Part shown: piece by piece, positions 1 through 9,344 of the stretch
Layout of the letters: each line of letters begins with the position of its first letter
Position numbering within the stretch: the first letter of the stretch is position 1
Source of the DNA: Octopus sinensis
Taxonomy: Eukaryota
Assembly: GCF_006345805.1 (NCBI RefSeq)
Contig: NW_021826019.1
Coordinates: forward strand, 1-13,910
Direction of reading: 5' to 3'
Length of the DNA stretch: 13,910 bases
The notes under the pieces: generated by a model
What the model was told of the DNA's origin: nothing
Seen by the model: the letters and a program-made list of their open reading frames with translations, nothing else
The model's database searches: none
Made by a program: the position numbers and the translations under genes

Positions 1-13
1 ACATAAATATATG

Positions 14-58
<45 letters not shown>

Positions 59-135
59 TATGTATATATACATATATATATACATAACATACACATATGC
101 ATACGTATATATATGTATGCATGTATGTATATGAC
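1..135. repeat. (TA)n/(TATG)n microsatellite region
   Basis: Direct inspection: TA and TATG/CATA runs. Confidence 0.9.
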
Positions 136-464
136 ACAGCTGTGAATATAATTGACTCTTGATGCAACGTATTGTTACACTATAGCTTCTATTCGTCAAG
201 ATTTTTTTTTCTATCCTTCTTTCCAGAAAATAATACTTACACACACACACAGACAGACTGCACATATACGCACTCGCGCGTGCACACATACACATACATG
301 CACAACTACACAGACGCACTCTGACATATATTCATGCAAACAATTTATACGCAGATATCCTTACACACTTAACCACAGTAAAAGATCGGTTTTGTGATGG
401 AATACATATCAGTTGAAAATGATATCGTGATATCATCAACAAGCTTGCCTATATTATATGGCAC

Positions 465-1395
465 CATATATACGTACACATATGTGCATATGTATGGTTG
501 TGTGTGTGTGTGTGTACATATATATTTATGTATGTATGTATGTCTGTTATGCATGTATATGAAATAATATATCTGCATATGCATTAGCTGTGTAGATTAT
601 TTCAAATTTGCAAAGAGGAGCTTTATGAATAGAAATGAAGAGAACATCCGCTGTTTGATAATTGTTAATTGTGTATATATGTGTGTGTGTGTGTGTTATG
701 TGTGTGTGTGTGTGTGTGTGGTGAATGTGTATGGCTGAAGTATATATATATATGCGAGTGTACATGCAAGTGTATATGTGTATGGATGTATGTTTATATC
801 ATGTGATTATGTACACGTCTATCTGGTTATAATTCTATGAATGTATGCTTGTATCTATGCATGTTTGCGGATGTGTATAAAGAAGACTATGTGCGCATTA
901 ATATGTACGTACAAGTGTATGTATGTATGTATGTATGTATGTATGTATGTATGTATGTATGTTTGTATGTATGTATGTATGTATGTATGTATGTATGTAT
1001 GTATGCATGTATATTTGTATGTATGTAAGCGTGTATGTATGAATGTATGTATATGTACTTCCGAGTGTTTGTGAATGCTTGCTCTTATGTATTATGTACA
1101 TATTACGAGTGTGTATGTGCTTGTGTGTATTTTTTGTATGTGTGTATCTTTTGTATGTGTGTGTCCATATGTTTGTTTGTGTGTGTTTAAAGTGTTTATG
1201 CATATGCATATATGCTTACATCTACGTGTATCTGACTATATTTGTATGAATGTATGTATATACCTATATATATTTGCATGCGTTTATGCATGAATGTATA
1301 TGTAATATGTATGAATACATGTACAAATGTATGTATATGTACATGAATATATATACATGTATGTACGTTCGCAAGTATGCATGAATGCTTGCATG
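465..1395. repeat. Compound (TG)n/(TA)n/(TATG)n microsatellite region
   Basis: (TG)n runs at ~498-512 and ~680-720, near-pure (TATG)n at ~918-1024, degenerate TATG/TA to ~1395. The MYVC/HTYI ORFs are repeat translations. Confidence 0.9.
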
Positions 1396-1407
1396 TATAT
1401 TATCTTG

Positions 1408-2790
1408 TTTTTAATTTTATGAAGGCTTCCTGTAAGAAAGGAATCGGTTTCTGACAAAGATATAAGGATCCATTGTTCGATCGTAGATATCAAAACCAAA
1501 TTCATATTTTCTACTTCAAAAATGTCTTGCATATTTTTGCTGTTCCACTGAGAGATTGTAGTTGAAATGTGCGAATTAACTGGTTGATTTCTGTTTCTGA
1601 AAACACAAGTTTACCCAGATTGTCACTAAGGTTTACTCCCAAAACCAAGCACACCAGTTCTTATTGGTACAAATGTGAGTTTATAATCTGGATATAGTAG
1701 CAGGTTTCGAAGTAGATGTCCATAGATATTGTCTTTTCTTTTTGAGTTTCGAAGACATAATCACATCAGCAGAGCAGCTGACTTCTATGACGTTACAAGA
1801 GATTTTCTTGTCTGTCTGAAATAACAATATCCGGCGTGTTATGTTTACACTTGACAGAAGTTTTGATGAGAATGTTTCAGCAATATTTCTTGTGTTGATG
1901 TTTTTGTATGCATTCAACCATAAGGGGTTCTCTGTATTTATTGCAGGGTAGTCTTTTTTTTTTCTCGAAAGGCATAGTATAATGTTTTGGCGACAAAGTC
2001 GTGTTGCATAGGGATGTAGAACACTGATGACATTTTTGGGCGGCTGCTAATCACATGTTTGCTATCTTCCACAGAAAATATGACAAAATCTACATTTTCA
2101 GTTGCATCTCGAGGCTCCAAAAGCTTCAACGTCCCTATTTATTTATTTTTCAAGCCTAGCCAGGCTCTATGGCGTAAGTGTCCCGCCCCACAAGCTGGAC
2201 GGGACGCCAGTCCATCGCAGCGTTACTCAAGAAACAGGAAGAAAGAGTGAGATAAAGTTGGGGCGAAAGAGTACAACAGGGGTCGCCACCCCACTCCCTG
2301 CTGGAGCCTCGTGGAACTTTTGGTTGTTTTCGCTCAATAAACACACACAACGCCCGGTCTGGGAATCGAAACCGCGATCCTCCGACCGTGAGTCCGCTGC
2401 CCTAACCACTGAGTCATTGCACCTCCACCAATGTCTCTATTGCTTATTGAATATTTCCTAGCAATCTCCTGCTCTTGTATTGCAAATGAACAGCTTTCGA
2501 AGTGTGACGTAGCGGTCACAAGTCCAAGAGAGGCTGTGCTTCTTGTCGACTTTACTGTTTTCTTCAAGTTTTCAGGAAACATACCCATGCATAGTCTGTT
2601 CTTGGTATGCTGAGCGTCTCACTTCCAGGTCTTCTTTGAAATATGTAAGTCTCGCTGTTTTGGTTTTGTATAGCAGGCCATCAGGAAGAGAGGGCTTACT
2701 GAGGAGCTCATCGCCGACATTTAGGATGGTCTCTTCACTTTTCTGCACTAATTTATACATATATTTTTGCCACTGTTGTTTATACCAGCA
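1408..2790 (-). mobile_element. Degenerate 3' portion of a non-LTR retrotransposon with CCHC knuckle and restriction-like endonuclease (R4/Dong-like), interrupted by a SINE at 2140-2428
   Basis: Joining minus-strand frames across frameshifts gives MHG/MFPENL/EENSKVDKKHSLSWTCDRYVT/SHFESCSFAIQEQEIARKYSISNRD [SINE] KCRFCH/FSVEDSKHVISSRPKMSSVFYIPMQHDFVAKTLY. This is a C-x2-C...H-x4-(C>R) knuckle with CRFC at 2083-2094, followed by the RHD-equivalent QHD. It continues KCKHNTPDIVISDRQ/CNVIEVSCSADV (PD...E nuclease motif, PD at ~1829-1834)/KDNIYGHLLRNLLLYPDYKLTFVPIRTGVLGF/LIRTFQLQSLSGTAKICKTFLK*, with the stop at 1511-1513 and a short 3' UTR ending in an A-rich run near 1408. Family assigned by motif recognition. 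Confidence 0.85.
2140..2428 (-). mobile_element. tRNA-derived SINE with V-domain-like core
   Basis: Minus strand starts ggaggtgcaatgactcagtggttagggc (A box) and has ggtttcgattccc (B box). Core gctgcgatggactggcgtcccgtccag lies at ~2195-2221, and there is an (AAAT)n-like tail. Flanked by a diverged 13-bp TSD (caacgtccctatt 2127-2139 / caatgtctctatt 2429-2441, 11/13 identical). Confidence 0.85.
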
Positions 2791-2980
2791 TTTATACCAG
2801 TTTTCTACTTATTTTACTAACCATAAAATCACCAAATAACGTGTTTTCTCTTTTGAAAAAGGAACATACACCGACGAACAACTAGAGATAAAGACACCCC
2901 CAACGTCATTGCCAGCATCACAACCTACAGAAATGATCGAAATTCATGTCAAATGATCGAAACCGAATAGTTTATTGCAA

Positions 2981-3225
2981 AGTGGCGATTTGGCTGAATC
3001 GTATGAGTTTCGGCTAGTATGATTCAAGGAATTTGTTCCAAAGCTCTGTGCTCTGAGATCAAATCCTGCTGAGGTCAACTTTGCTTTTATCTTTTCGGGG
3101 TCGATAAAAGACTACAAATCCAGGGTAGTGGATAAGCGAAACAGTTAGAAAGTCGTATAAGATGCCTTGCGGTATTCCTTCCATATCTATGCGTTCTGAG
3201 ATCAAATTCGACAGAAGTTACGGAG
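2981..3225 (+). mobile_element. Two degraded fragments of the SINE family seen at 4422 and 7726
   Basis: ctctgagatcaaatcctgctgaggtcaactttgcttttatcttttcggggtcgataa and gcggtattcc...cgttctgagatcaaattcg align by eye with gttctgagttcaaattccgccgaggtcgactttgcctttcatcctttcggggtcgat of the 7726-8223 copy. Confidence 0.65.
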
Positions 3226-3269
3226 TGGCTCAGGGCCTAAAATTTAAAGCACTGGCACTTCACAAAATC

Positions 3270-3333
3270 TATGAGTGTGTGTTTGTGTCTATCTATCTAT
3301 CTATCTATTCATCTGTATAAATACATGTATATG

Positions 3334-3364
<31 letters not shown>

Positions 3365-3389
3365 ACACACACACACACATATATATATT

Positions 3390-3431
<42 letters not shown>

Positions 3432-3600
3432 CAAGCACACACGTGATCGTATGTATGTTCTCTGTATGTAGGTATACGCATGTGATTGCACATATTCACG
3501 CATGCTTGCATGCATCTTCCTGTACGTGCATCTGTATGTATGTGTGCATGTACGCGTGCGCGTGTATATATATATACATACATATTATATATATATATGA
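3270..3600. repeat. (TA)n/(CA)n/(TCTA)n microsatellite region
   Basis: Direct inspection. Confidence 0.9.
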
Positions 3601-3789
3601 AAGGATAAAATGGAGTATATTTAATCGGTTTGATAATCTGTTTTATTCCCGAATCTTTCCTTTTGTCTTTATTTTTCATTGAGTTTTAAGGAGGAAAGGT
3701 TTAAAACGTGTGAAATATCTAAATGTAATGAATGCAAGGGGAGTGGTCGTGTGATTAGAAAACGATGAAGTGTATGTTGGCGTACATAG

Positions 3790-3816
3790 AATGTATGTAT
3801 ATATAATATATATATA

Positions 3817-3853
<37 letters not shown>

Positions 3854-4170
3854 TATATGTATGTGTGTGTGTCAATTCATCCATCTGTATGTGTATATAT
3901 ATTATATATATAATATATATGAATGAGAGTGTCTATATGCTTATGTGTGTACGCACATATATACGTATATGTAGATATATATGTGTTTATTTTTGCTATA
4001 TATTAATACGTATGTATTATGTGGATATATTACAGAATTATATGCATTTAATATACATGCTATGTGTACATTTAGATATTTGTAAATATCCTGCTCCGCC
4101 CACGTATATATGTATGTGTGTGTATGCACGCACTAAATAATACACACACACACACGCACGCGCGCGCGTA
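3790..4170. repeat. Degenerate (TA)n/(TG)n low-complexity region
   Basis: Direct inspection. Confidence 0.8.
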
Positions 4171-4287
4171 CTTAGCTACAGATGATCATATTTGTGTAAA
4201 TCACGCAAAAATTATTGTAACTACAGTGTGTACTTCGCAAGATGTTGAGATAAAATATATGAATTTGTAAAATTGGGATTAGTGAAG

Positions 4288-4390
4288 TATAGAGGGGAGA
4301 GAGAGGATGGGAGGGGGAGAGAAAGAGAGAGAGAGAGGATGGGAGGGGGAGAGAAAGAGAGAGAGAGAGAGAGAGTGAGCAGTGAGAGAT
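4288..4390. repeat. (GA)n purine tract with internal tandem duplication
   Basis: gagagagaggatgggagggggagagaaagagaga occurs twice in tandem within the GA run. Confidence 0.9.
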
Positions 4391-4421
4391 AGATGGAAAG
4401 ATTTTTCGAAGCAGATATAAA

Positions 4422-4641
4422 AGCGGTGAGCTGTTAGAATCCTTAGTGCGACGAGAAAAATGCTTAGCGGCATTTCGTCCGTCTTTTGGTTCTGAGTTCA
4501 AATGCCACCGAGGTTCATTTTACCTCGCATCCTTTCGGGGTCGGTAAAATAAATACAAGCTGAGTACTGAGGTCGATGTAATCGACTTATCCTCTTCCCT
4601 CCCCACTGGTTTTGCTGGCCTTTTACCAAAATTTGAAATCG

Positions 4642-4643
<2 letters not shown>
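4422..4643 (+). mobile_element. tRNA-derived SINE, monomeric diverged copy (same family as 7726-8223)
   Basis: gcggtgagctgttagaatc...gttctgagttcaaatgccaccgagg...cctttcggggtcggtaaaataaatacaagctgagtactgaggtcgatgtaatcgact matches the reverse complement of 7726-8223. Followed by (TA)n. Confidence 0.85.

Positions 4644-4644
<1 letters not shown>

Positions 4645-4688
<44 letters not shown>
4645..4688. repeat. (TA)n microsatellite
   Basis: Pure TA run. Confidence 0.95.
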
Positions 4689-4694
<6 letters not shown>

Positions 4695-4918
4695 CCCTAA
4701 ATTATAATTTTATAATATAATTAATCTTAAAAAATAGAACGGAGAAAAAACACAAGAAGAATCAACAACGCGAGGACGTGGTACATGCAAAGTATTAATG
4801 AGACGCTCTGGGAAGGAAAGAAAGAGTGTTTTACATTTCGAGCAATGCTCTTCTTCAAAAACAGGAGACAGAGAAAAGTCAAAGAGAAAAGGGAGACGGA
4901 GGAAAAAAAAATCGCCAA

Positions 4919-5720
4919 CAGGAGTGGCTGTGTGGTAAGTAGCTTGCTTACCTGTCTCCGGCCAGGGGTTGATTAACTTTTTAGTTACCACCTCAGTAGC
5001 AAAATCAGGCTGGAGAAGAGGTGTCTGTCACGAGATATGTTTGTGAAACGATGGAAGCCTGTAGCATGCAAGATGGGCATGTTTGGCACCAGGTAAGTGT
5101 GACCGGATCAGAAAGTAAAGGTTCTACCTGGATGGCTGGGTGTCCGTCCTTCGACATGATCATTAATATTTTTAAACATTGTCTTCGTAAAACTCATTGT
5201 TTATAATCTTATCCGTAATTTCATTCGAAAATTGTAACTGTGTTAAGCTACTTCACCCTTTATATTTGTCTGTCCTTGTTTGTCCCCTCTTTGTAAATGC
5301 CTAAATGACAAATTATATGAAATAAAGTAGCTTGCTTACCAACCACATGGTTCCGGGTTCAGTCCCACTGCGTGGCATCTTGGGCAAGTGTCTTCCGCTA
5401 TAACCTCGGGCTGACCAATGCCTTGTGAGTGGATTTGGTAGACGGAAACTGAAAGAAGCCTGTCGTATATATGTATATATATATATGTGTATGTGTATGT
5501 TTATGTTTGTGTGTCTGTGTTTGTCCCCCTAGATTTGCTTGACAACCGATGCTGGTGTGTTTACGTCCCTGTCACTTAGCGGTTCGGCAAAAAGAGACCG
5601 ATAGAATAAGTACTGGGCTTACAAAGAATAAGTCCCGGGGTCGATTTGCTCAACTAAAGGCGGTGCTCTAGCATGGCCGCAGTCAAATGACTGAAACAAG
5701 TAAAAGAGTAAAGAGAGTAA
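4919..5720 (+). mobile_element. tRNA-derived SINE (second family), interrupted at 4953-5324 by a LINE fragment
   Basis: A-box-like tggctgtgtgg (~4926), B-box-like ggttcagtccc (~5357), core ttgggcaagtgtctt, an internal TA/TG microsatellite (~5465-5520) and a short-repeat tail gtaaaagagtaaagagagtaa. Related copies lie at 7323-7456 and 13778-13910. Confidence 0.85.
4953..5324 (+). mobile_element. 5'-truncated LINE 3' end, Tx1/L1-like ORF2 C-terminus plus 3' UTR
   Basis: Perfect 16-bp TSD aagtagcttgcttacc at 4937-4952 and 5325-5340. With one frameshift it translates to VSGQGLINF/SYHLSSKIRLEKRCLSRDMFVKRWKPVACKMGMFGTR*, resembling the Tx1-type ORF2 tail (x-R-L-E-R...F-x-x-R-W). The AT-rich UTR ends gaaataa. 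The insertion is clear; the clade call is from motif recall. Confidence 0.75.
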
Positions 5721-5807
5721 TCCACATGTAGTTACATTTTGAAATGACCGGAAGGAGATGGACAAAGAAAGATGATTTCTAAGACAGGAGAGCGTAAGAA
5801 AAGGTGA

Positions 5808-6030
5808 TATATGTGTGTATGTGTGAGTATGTGCACGCGTGCGCATTTGATAGCATGTATGTTTGTGTGTGTGTGTCTGCAGTAGATTAGCAGACCACAT
5901 ACACACATAAGCACGCACACAGAGACCACTACCCACGCACACATTCACACATAACACACACAAGCACACATAAGCACTATCAGATACGAATACACACACA
6001 AACACATACAAATAAGTATACACGTACGCA
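5808..6030. repeat. Degenerate (TG)n/(CA)n low-complexity region
   Basis: Direct inspection. Confidence 0.75.
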
Positions 6031-6375
6031 CTAATTAATTACCTTTATATACATCTTAATTTTTGTTGTTGTTGTCGGTTATTTCCTTGGTGAAATCTAA
6101 TTAGTTTTGGTCTATAACCAAATACCATTCAACCGTGACCATTCTGTCTACCATTTTTTAAGGCATAATCTATCTTGTGTCAAATAATATAACGTGTCCT
6201 TTTTTCTGAAACCTTCTTCAGCTGGTTTATGTATTGTGATCCTTGCAGAGTTGGCTTGTATACGTCCACCTTGGTAAGTTAGTTGGTACACGTCTACTTC
6301 GGTGAGCTGGTTGTTACACGTCCACTTTCGTGTGCTGGTCCACACGCCCACTGTGATGAGCTGTTGTGTACCCGT

Positions 6376-6652
6376 GGGAAACTACCACCTGTGTCATCTC
6401 TTGTGGAAGGTAGGAGAGTCCAGTTTGCTGGACATTGTTGTAGAGCTGAAAAAGAGGTAATTTCTACTCTTCTCCTCTGGAAGCCATCTACTCGCAATAC
6501 CAGAGGGCGTACACTCTCATACCCTGATGTAATCTCTAGGGATACAGGCATCCAGCAACAGGACCTCCGTAATGCCATGATGGACTGTGAAGTCTGGCGT
6601 AGCATGGTAAATTCCATTGTCTCGACCACGGTCGAACAATGATGAATGATGA
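6376..6652 (+). mobile_element. 5'-truncated RTE-clade LINE 3' end
   Basis: Encodes GKLPPVSSLVEGRRVQFAGHCCRAEKEVISTLLLWKPSTRNTRGRTLSYPDVISRDTG...AMMDCEVWRSMV...Q*, a typical RTE ORF tail (R-x-x-x-AGH...LLW...RGR...W-R). Has a (TGA)n tail and an 11-bp TSD tgtgtacccgt at 6365-6375 / 6653-6663. Confidence 0.9.
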
Positions 6653-6703
6653 TGTGTACCCGTCCACTTAGCGGCATTGGTTTGTACACATTTGCCTTGG
6701 TGA

Positions 6704-7073
6704 AGGAGCATGACCAAGTAGTTAGGGTGGTGCACTCACTATCTAGTGATCGTAACTTCGATCCTCGGATAGGGCGTAGCGTTGTGCTCTTGAGCAAAAC
6801 ACTTCATTTCATGCTGCTTGCGCGTGGGAGAGAGGTAGAATCGTCGGCGCGTCAGAGGAAATGCTTTGCGCTATATTTTCCGGTTTTTTACATTCTGAGT
6901 TCAAATCCCACCTGCCTCGGGAAGGCAACGGGGAACCACTCCAATATTCATCCCAAGTCTAGTCATGGTAACCGAAATTCCGTTAATCTACTTAACGGCC
7001 CCTCCCAGGTCGGTTAAGGAGTGCTGAAGAAGGTTCACATGCACAGGACCTTCACAGGAGTAACCACCACTAG
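6704..7073 (+). mobile_element. Composite tRNA-derived SINE-like insertion
   Basis: Begins with a degraded tRNA head (aggagcatgaccaagtagttagggtg...acttcgatcctc) and a core gttgtgctcttgagcaaaacactt. A segment resembling the head of the 4422/7726 family follows (~6815-6910), then an RTE-5'/Bov-A-like motif gggaaggcaacggggaaccactccaatattc (6919-6949). Flanked by the 10-bp direct repeat gccttggtga (6694-6703 / 7074-7083). Confidence 0.65.
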
Positions 7074-7322
7074 GCCTTGGTGAGCTGGTTGGTACACGTC
7101 CATCTTGGTACCTTACATTGCACAAGTCCATGCAGTGGGTTGTATAATATACGAAGTGAACCCCAGAGTATGACTGGTAAATATTTCGTCCACTTCCAAA
7201 CATGCAAATATCGTTGAAGTCCCTCCAATAAAGCGGTGCTTTCATACAACTGTGCTATTTGCTCCATCCGAGTTACATCTGCACTACTTTGTTATATATT
7301 TTGCTTAATAAATACAATGAAT

Positions 7323-7456
7323 CAGTTTCTGTCTGTCAAATCTACTAACAAGGCTTTGGTCGACCCATGGCTATAGTAGAATACACTTGCCCAAGGTGCC
7401 ACACAGTGGGACTGAACCAGAAACCCTGTGGTTAGGAAGCAAACTGCCTGCGCCTG
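7323..7456 (-). mobile_element. Truncated SINE, same family as 4919-5720
   Basis: Reverse complement ...aaccacagggtttctggttcagtcccactgtgtggcaccttgggcaagtgtattctactatagccatgggtcgaccaaagccttg aligns with 5341-5450. The A-box segment is deleted. Confidence 0.85.
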
Positions 7457-7464
7457 TGTGGTAC

Positions 7465-7610
7465 AAATTTCCAGCCGAGTAGACTGAAACAATGGGAAAG
7501 GAAGTTAGCTTGATAAAAAATAAGAAGAAAAAAAAACCTACTACTCAGTCAGCGAATTGAACGCACGCTCTTCGACTAACACATTGAGAACACCAAACTA
7601 CTGGACCTCA
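7465..7610 (-). mobile_element. Highly degraded tRNA-SINE fragment
   Basis: agccgagtagactgaaacaatgggaaaggaag and cagcgaattgaacgcacgctctt resemble the 8295-8482 element. Weak similarity only. Confidence 0.4.
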
Positions 7611-7725
7611 CATCTTCAGTAAGCAGCGGTAATAATTTTGAATGTTTTATTTGCTACAAGTGTAAAGAAGACATGTCCAGAATGGTAAAGCTGGGAGGAG
7701 AGTGGGAGAGAGAGAGAGAGAGGAC

Positions 7726-8223
7726 TTTTCTACTGTAGGCACAAAGTCCGAAATTTTGGGGTAGGGGGCCAGTCGATTAGATCGACCCCAGTACGCAAAT
7801 GGTACCTTAATTTATCGATCCCGAAAGGATGAAAGGCAAAGTTGACCTCGGCGGAATTTGAACTCAGAACGTAGCGGCAGACGAAATACCTATTTCTTTA
7901 CTACCCACAAGGGGCTAAACACAGAGGGGACAAACAAGGACAAACAAACGGATTAAGTCGATTACATAGACCCCAGTGCGTAACTGGTACTTATTTAATC
8001 GACCCCGAAAGGATGAAAGGCAAAGTCGACCTCGGCGGAATTTGAACTCAGAACGTAAGGGCAGACGATACCTATTTCTTTACTACCCACAAGGGGCTAC
8101 TACCCACAATACCTATTTCTTTACTACCCACAAGGGGCTACTACCCACAAGAACGTAACGACAGAGGAAATATCGTGAAGCATTTCGCTCGACATGCTAA
8201 CGATTCTGCCAGCTCGCCGCCTT
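7726..8223 (-). mobile_element. Multimeric tRNA-derived SINE with internal duplications
   Basis: Minus head aaggcggcgagctggcagaatcgttagc, B-box-like gagttcaaattcc, an ~135-bp direct repeat (7782-7917 vs 7968-8099) and a 41-bp perfect tandem (8069-8109 / 8110-8150). Flanked on both sides by (GA)n+ggac (7706-7725 and 8224-8290). Confidence 0.9.

Positions 8224-8286
<63 letters not shown>
8224..8286. repeat. (GA)n microsatellite
   Basis: Direct inspection. Confidence 0.95.
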
Positions 8287-8292
<6 letters not shown>

Positions 8293-8294
8293 CA

Positions 8295-8482
8295 CCAGTA
8301 CTGAGCAGGAACTCAGTTTTAGCTGAGTAAACTAGAACAACATGAAACAAGGTATGTTACACAAAGATTTAATCCCCCAAAATAAAAAAAATAAAAAAAC
8401 ACGTTATACCGGTCCCAGAATCGAACCAACGACCTTATGTTCACGAGCCGAACCCTTCTGACTACTCAGCTACGCGACTCAT
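8295..8482 (-). mobile_element. Degraded tRNA-derived SINE
   Basis: Minus strand gagtcgcgtagctgagtagtcagaag (A-box-like)...ggttcgattctgggaccgg (B box), followed by a degraded core. Confidence 0.6.
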
Positions 8483-8679
8483 CGACAACAGTATCGATTG
8501 TTTTATTTGCCAGAGGGAGTAACGAAGACACAAACATTACATTACGCAACAAATAGAATACAATGCAAGTGCTAATAAAGAAATATTGTTTTGATAACAA
8601 TGGGAAAAAGCAATTTCAACACAACACGCGGACATATTGCTGTGTTTAGTTACGGAACATTTTTGATTAAATATTGCCA

Positions 8680-9292
8680 CAAACACACACATACACACAT
8701 GGACACACACAAACACATAAATACATAGCATATACACACACATACACACACATACATACATATATACATACATATATACATACATACATGCATACATACA
8801 TACACACACATACATACATACATACATGCATGCATACATGCATACATACATACATACATACATACATACATACGTACATACATACATGCATACATACATA
8901 CATGCATACATACATACATACATACATACATACATACATGCATACATACATACATACATACATACTATACATACATACATACATACGTACATACATACAT
9001 GCATACATACATATACATCATACAACATACATACATACATACATACATACATACAATACATACATACTACAGCCGTACATACACGCCTGGAAGCACATAT
9101 ACAAACTCACTCAGACTCATACACACACACACACACATTTATATATACATACATACATATATACATACATATATACATATATGCATACATACATACGTAC
9201 AGACTCACATGGATGTACATATTAAGAGAAATACACACGCACAAGCGCAGACACACTTGTATATACACGCACACACTCGCACATACATACAG

Positions 9293-9330
<38 letters not shown>
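8680..9330. repeat. Long (CATA)n/(CA)n compound microsatellite
   Basis: Direct inspection; source of the MYVC/HTYI ORFs. Confidence 0.95.
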
Positions 9331-9344
9331 CTGCATCATTCTCT

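Larger units (their letters stand above)
6242..7131. repeat. 28-bp minisatellite (8 diverged units, consensus ~cttggtgagctggttggtacacgtccac) split by two insertions
   Basis: Units at 6242-6269, 6270-6297, 6298-6325, 6326-6351 (26 bp), 6352-6375+6664-6667, 6668-6695, 7076-7103 and 7104-7131. Confidence 0.8.

Noticed and set aside
152-1532. ORFs rich in MYVC/HTHT/YIYI (also 3271-4140, 8537-9439, 10668-11824)
   Set aside because: They are translations of TATG/CATA/TA/CA microsatellites, which lack stop codons in several frames.
2340-2428. tRNA-like sequences (also ~4920, ~6705, ~8200, ~8450) as tRNA genes
   Set aside because: They have A/B-box remnants but no complete cloverleaf, and continue into SINE bodies.
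6283-6797. ORFs 6283-6642 (+) and 6294-6797 (-) as host genes
   Set aside because: The plus ORF is the RTE fragment read in from the minisatellite; the minus ORF is its antisense.
6210-7035. 13-bp inverted repeat aaccttcttcagc (6210-6222) / gctgaagaaggtt (7023-7035) as TIRs, or CTGAAGA as a hammerhead core
   Set aside because: The right copy lies inside the TSD-flanked insert and the array continues beyond it. No TSD flanks the pair, and no convincing stem II + GAAA + stem I fold exists.
6242-7131. 28-bp repeats as a CRISPR array
   Set aside because: Units are head-to-tail with no spacers and highly diverged, the context is eukaryotic, and there are no cas genes.
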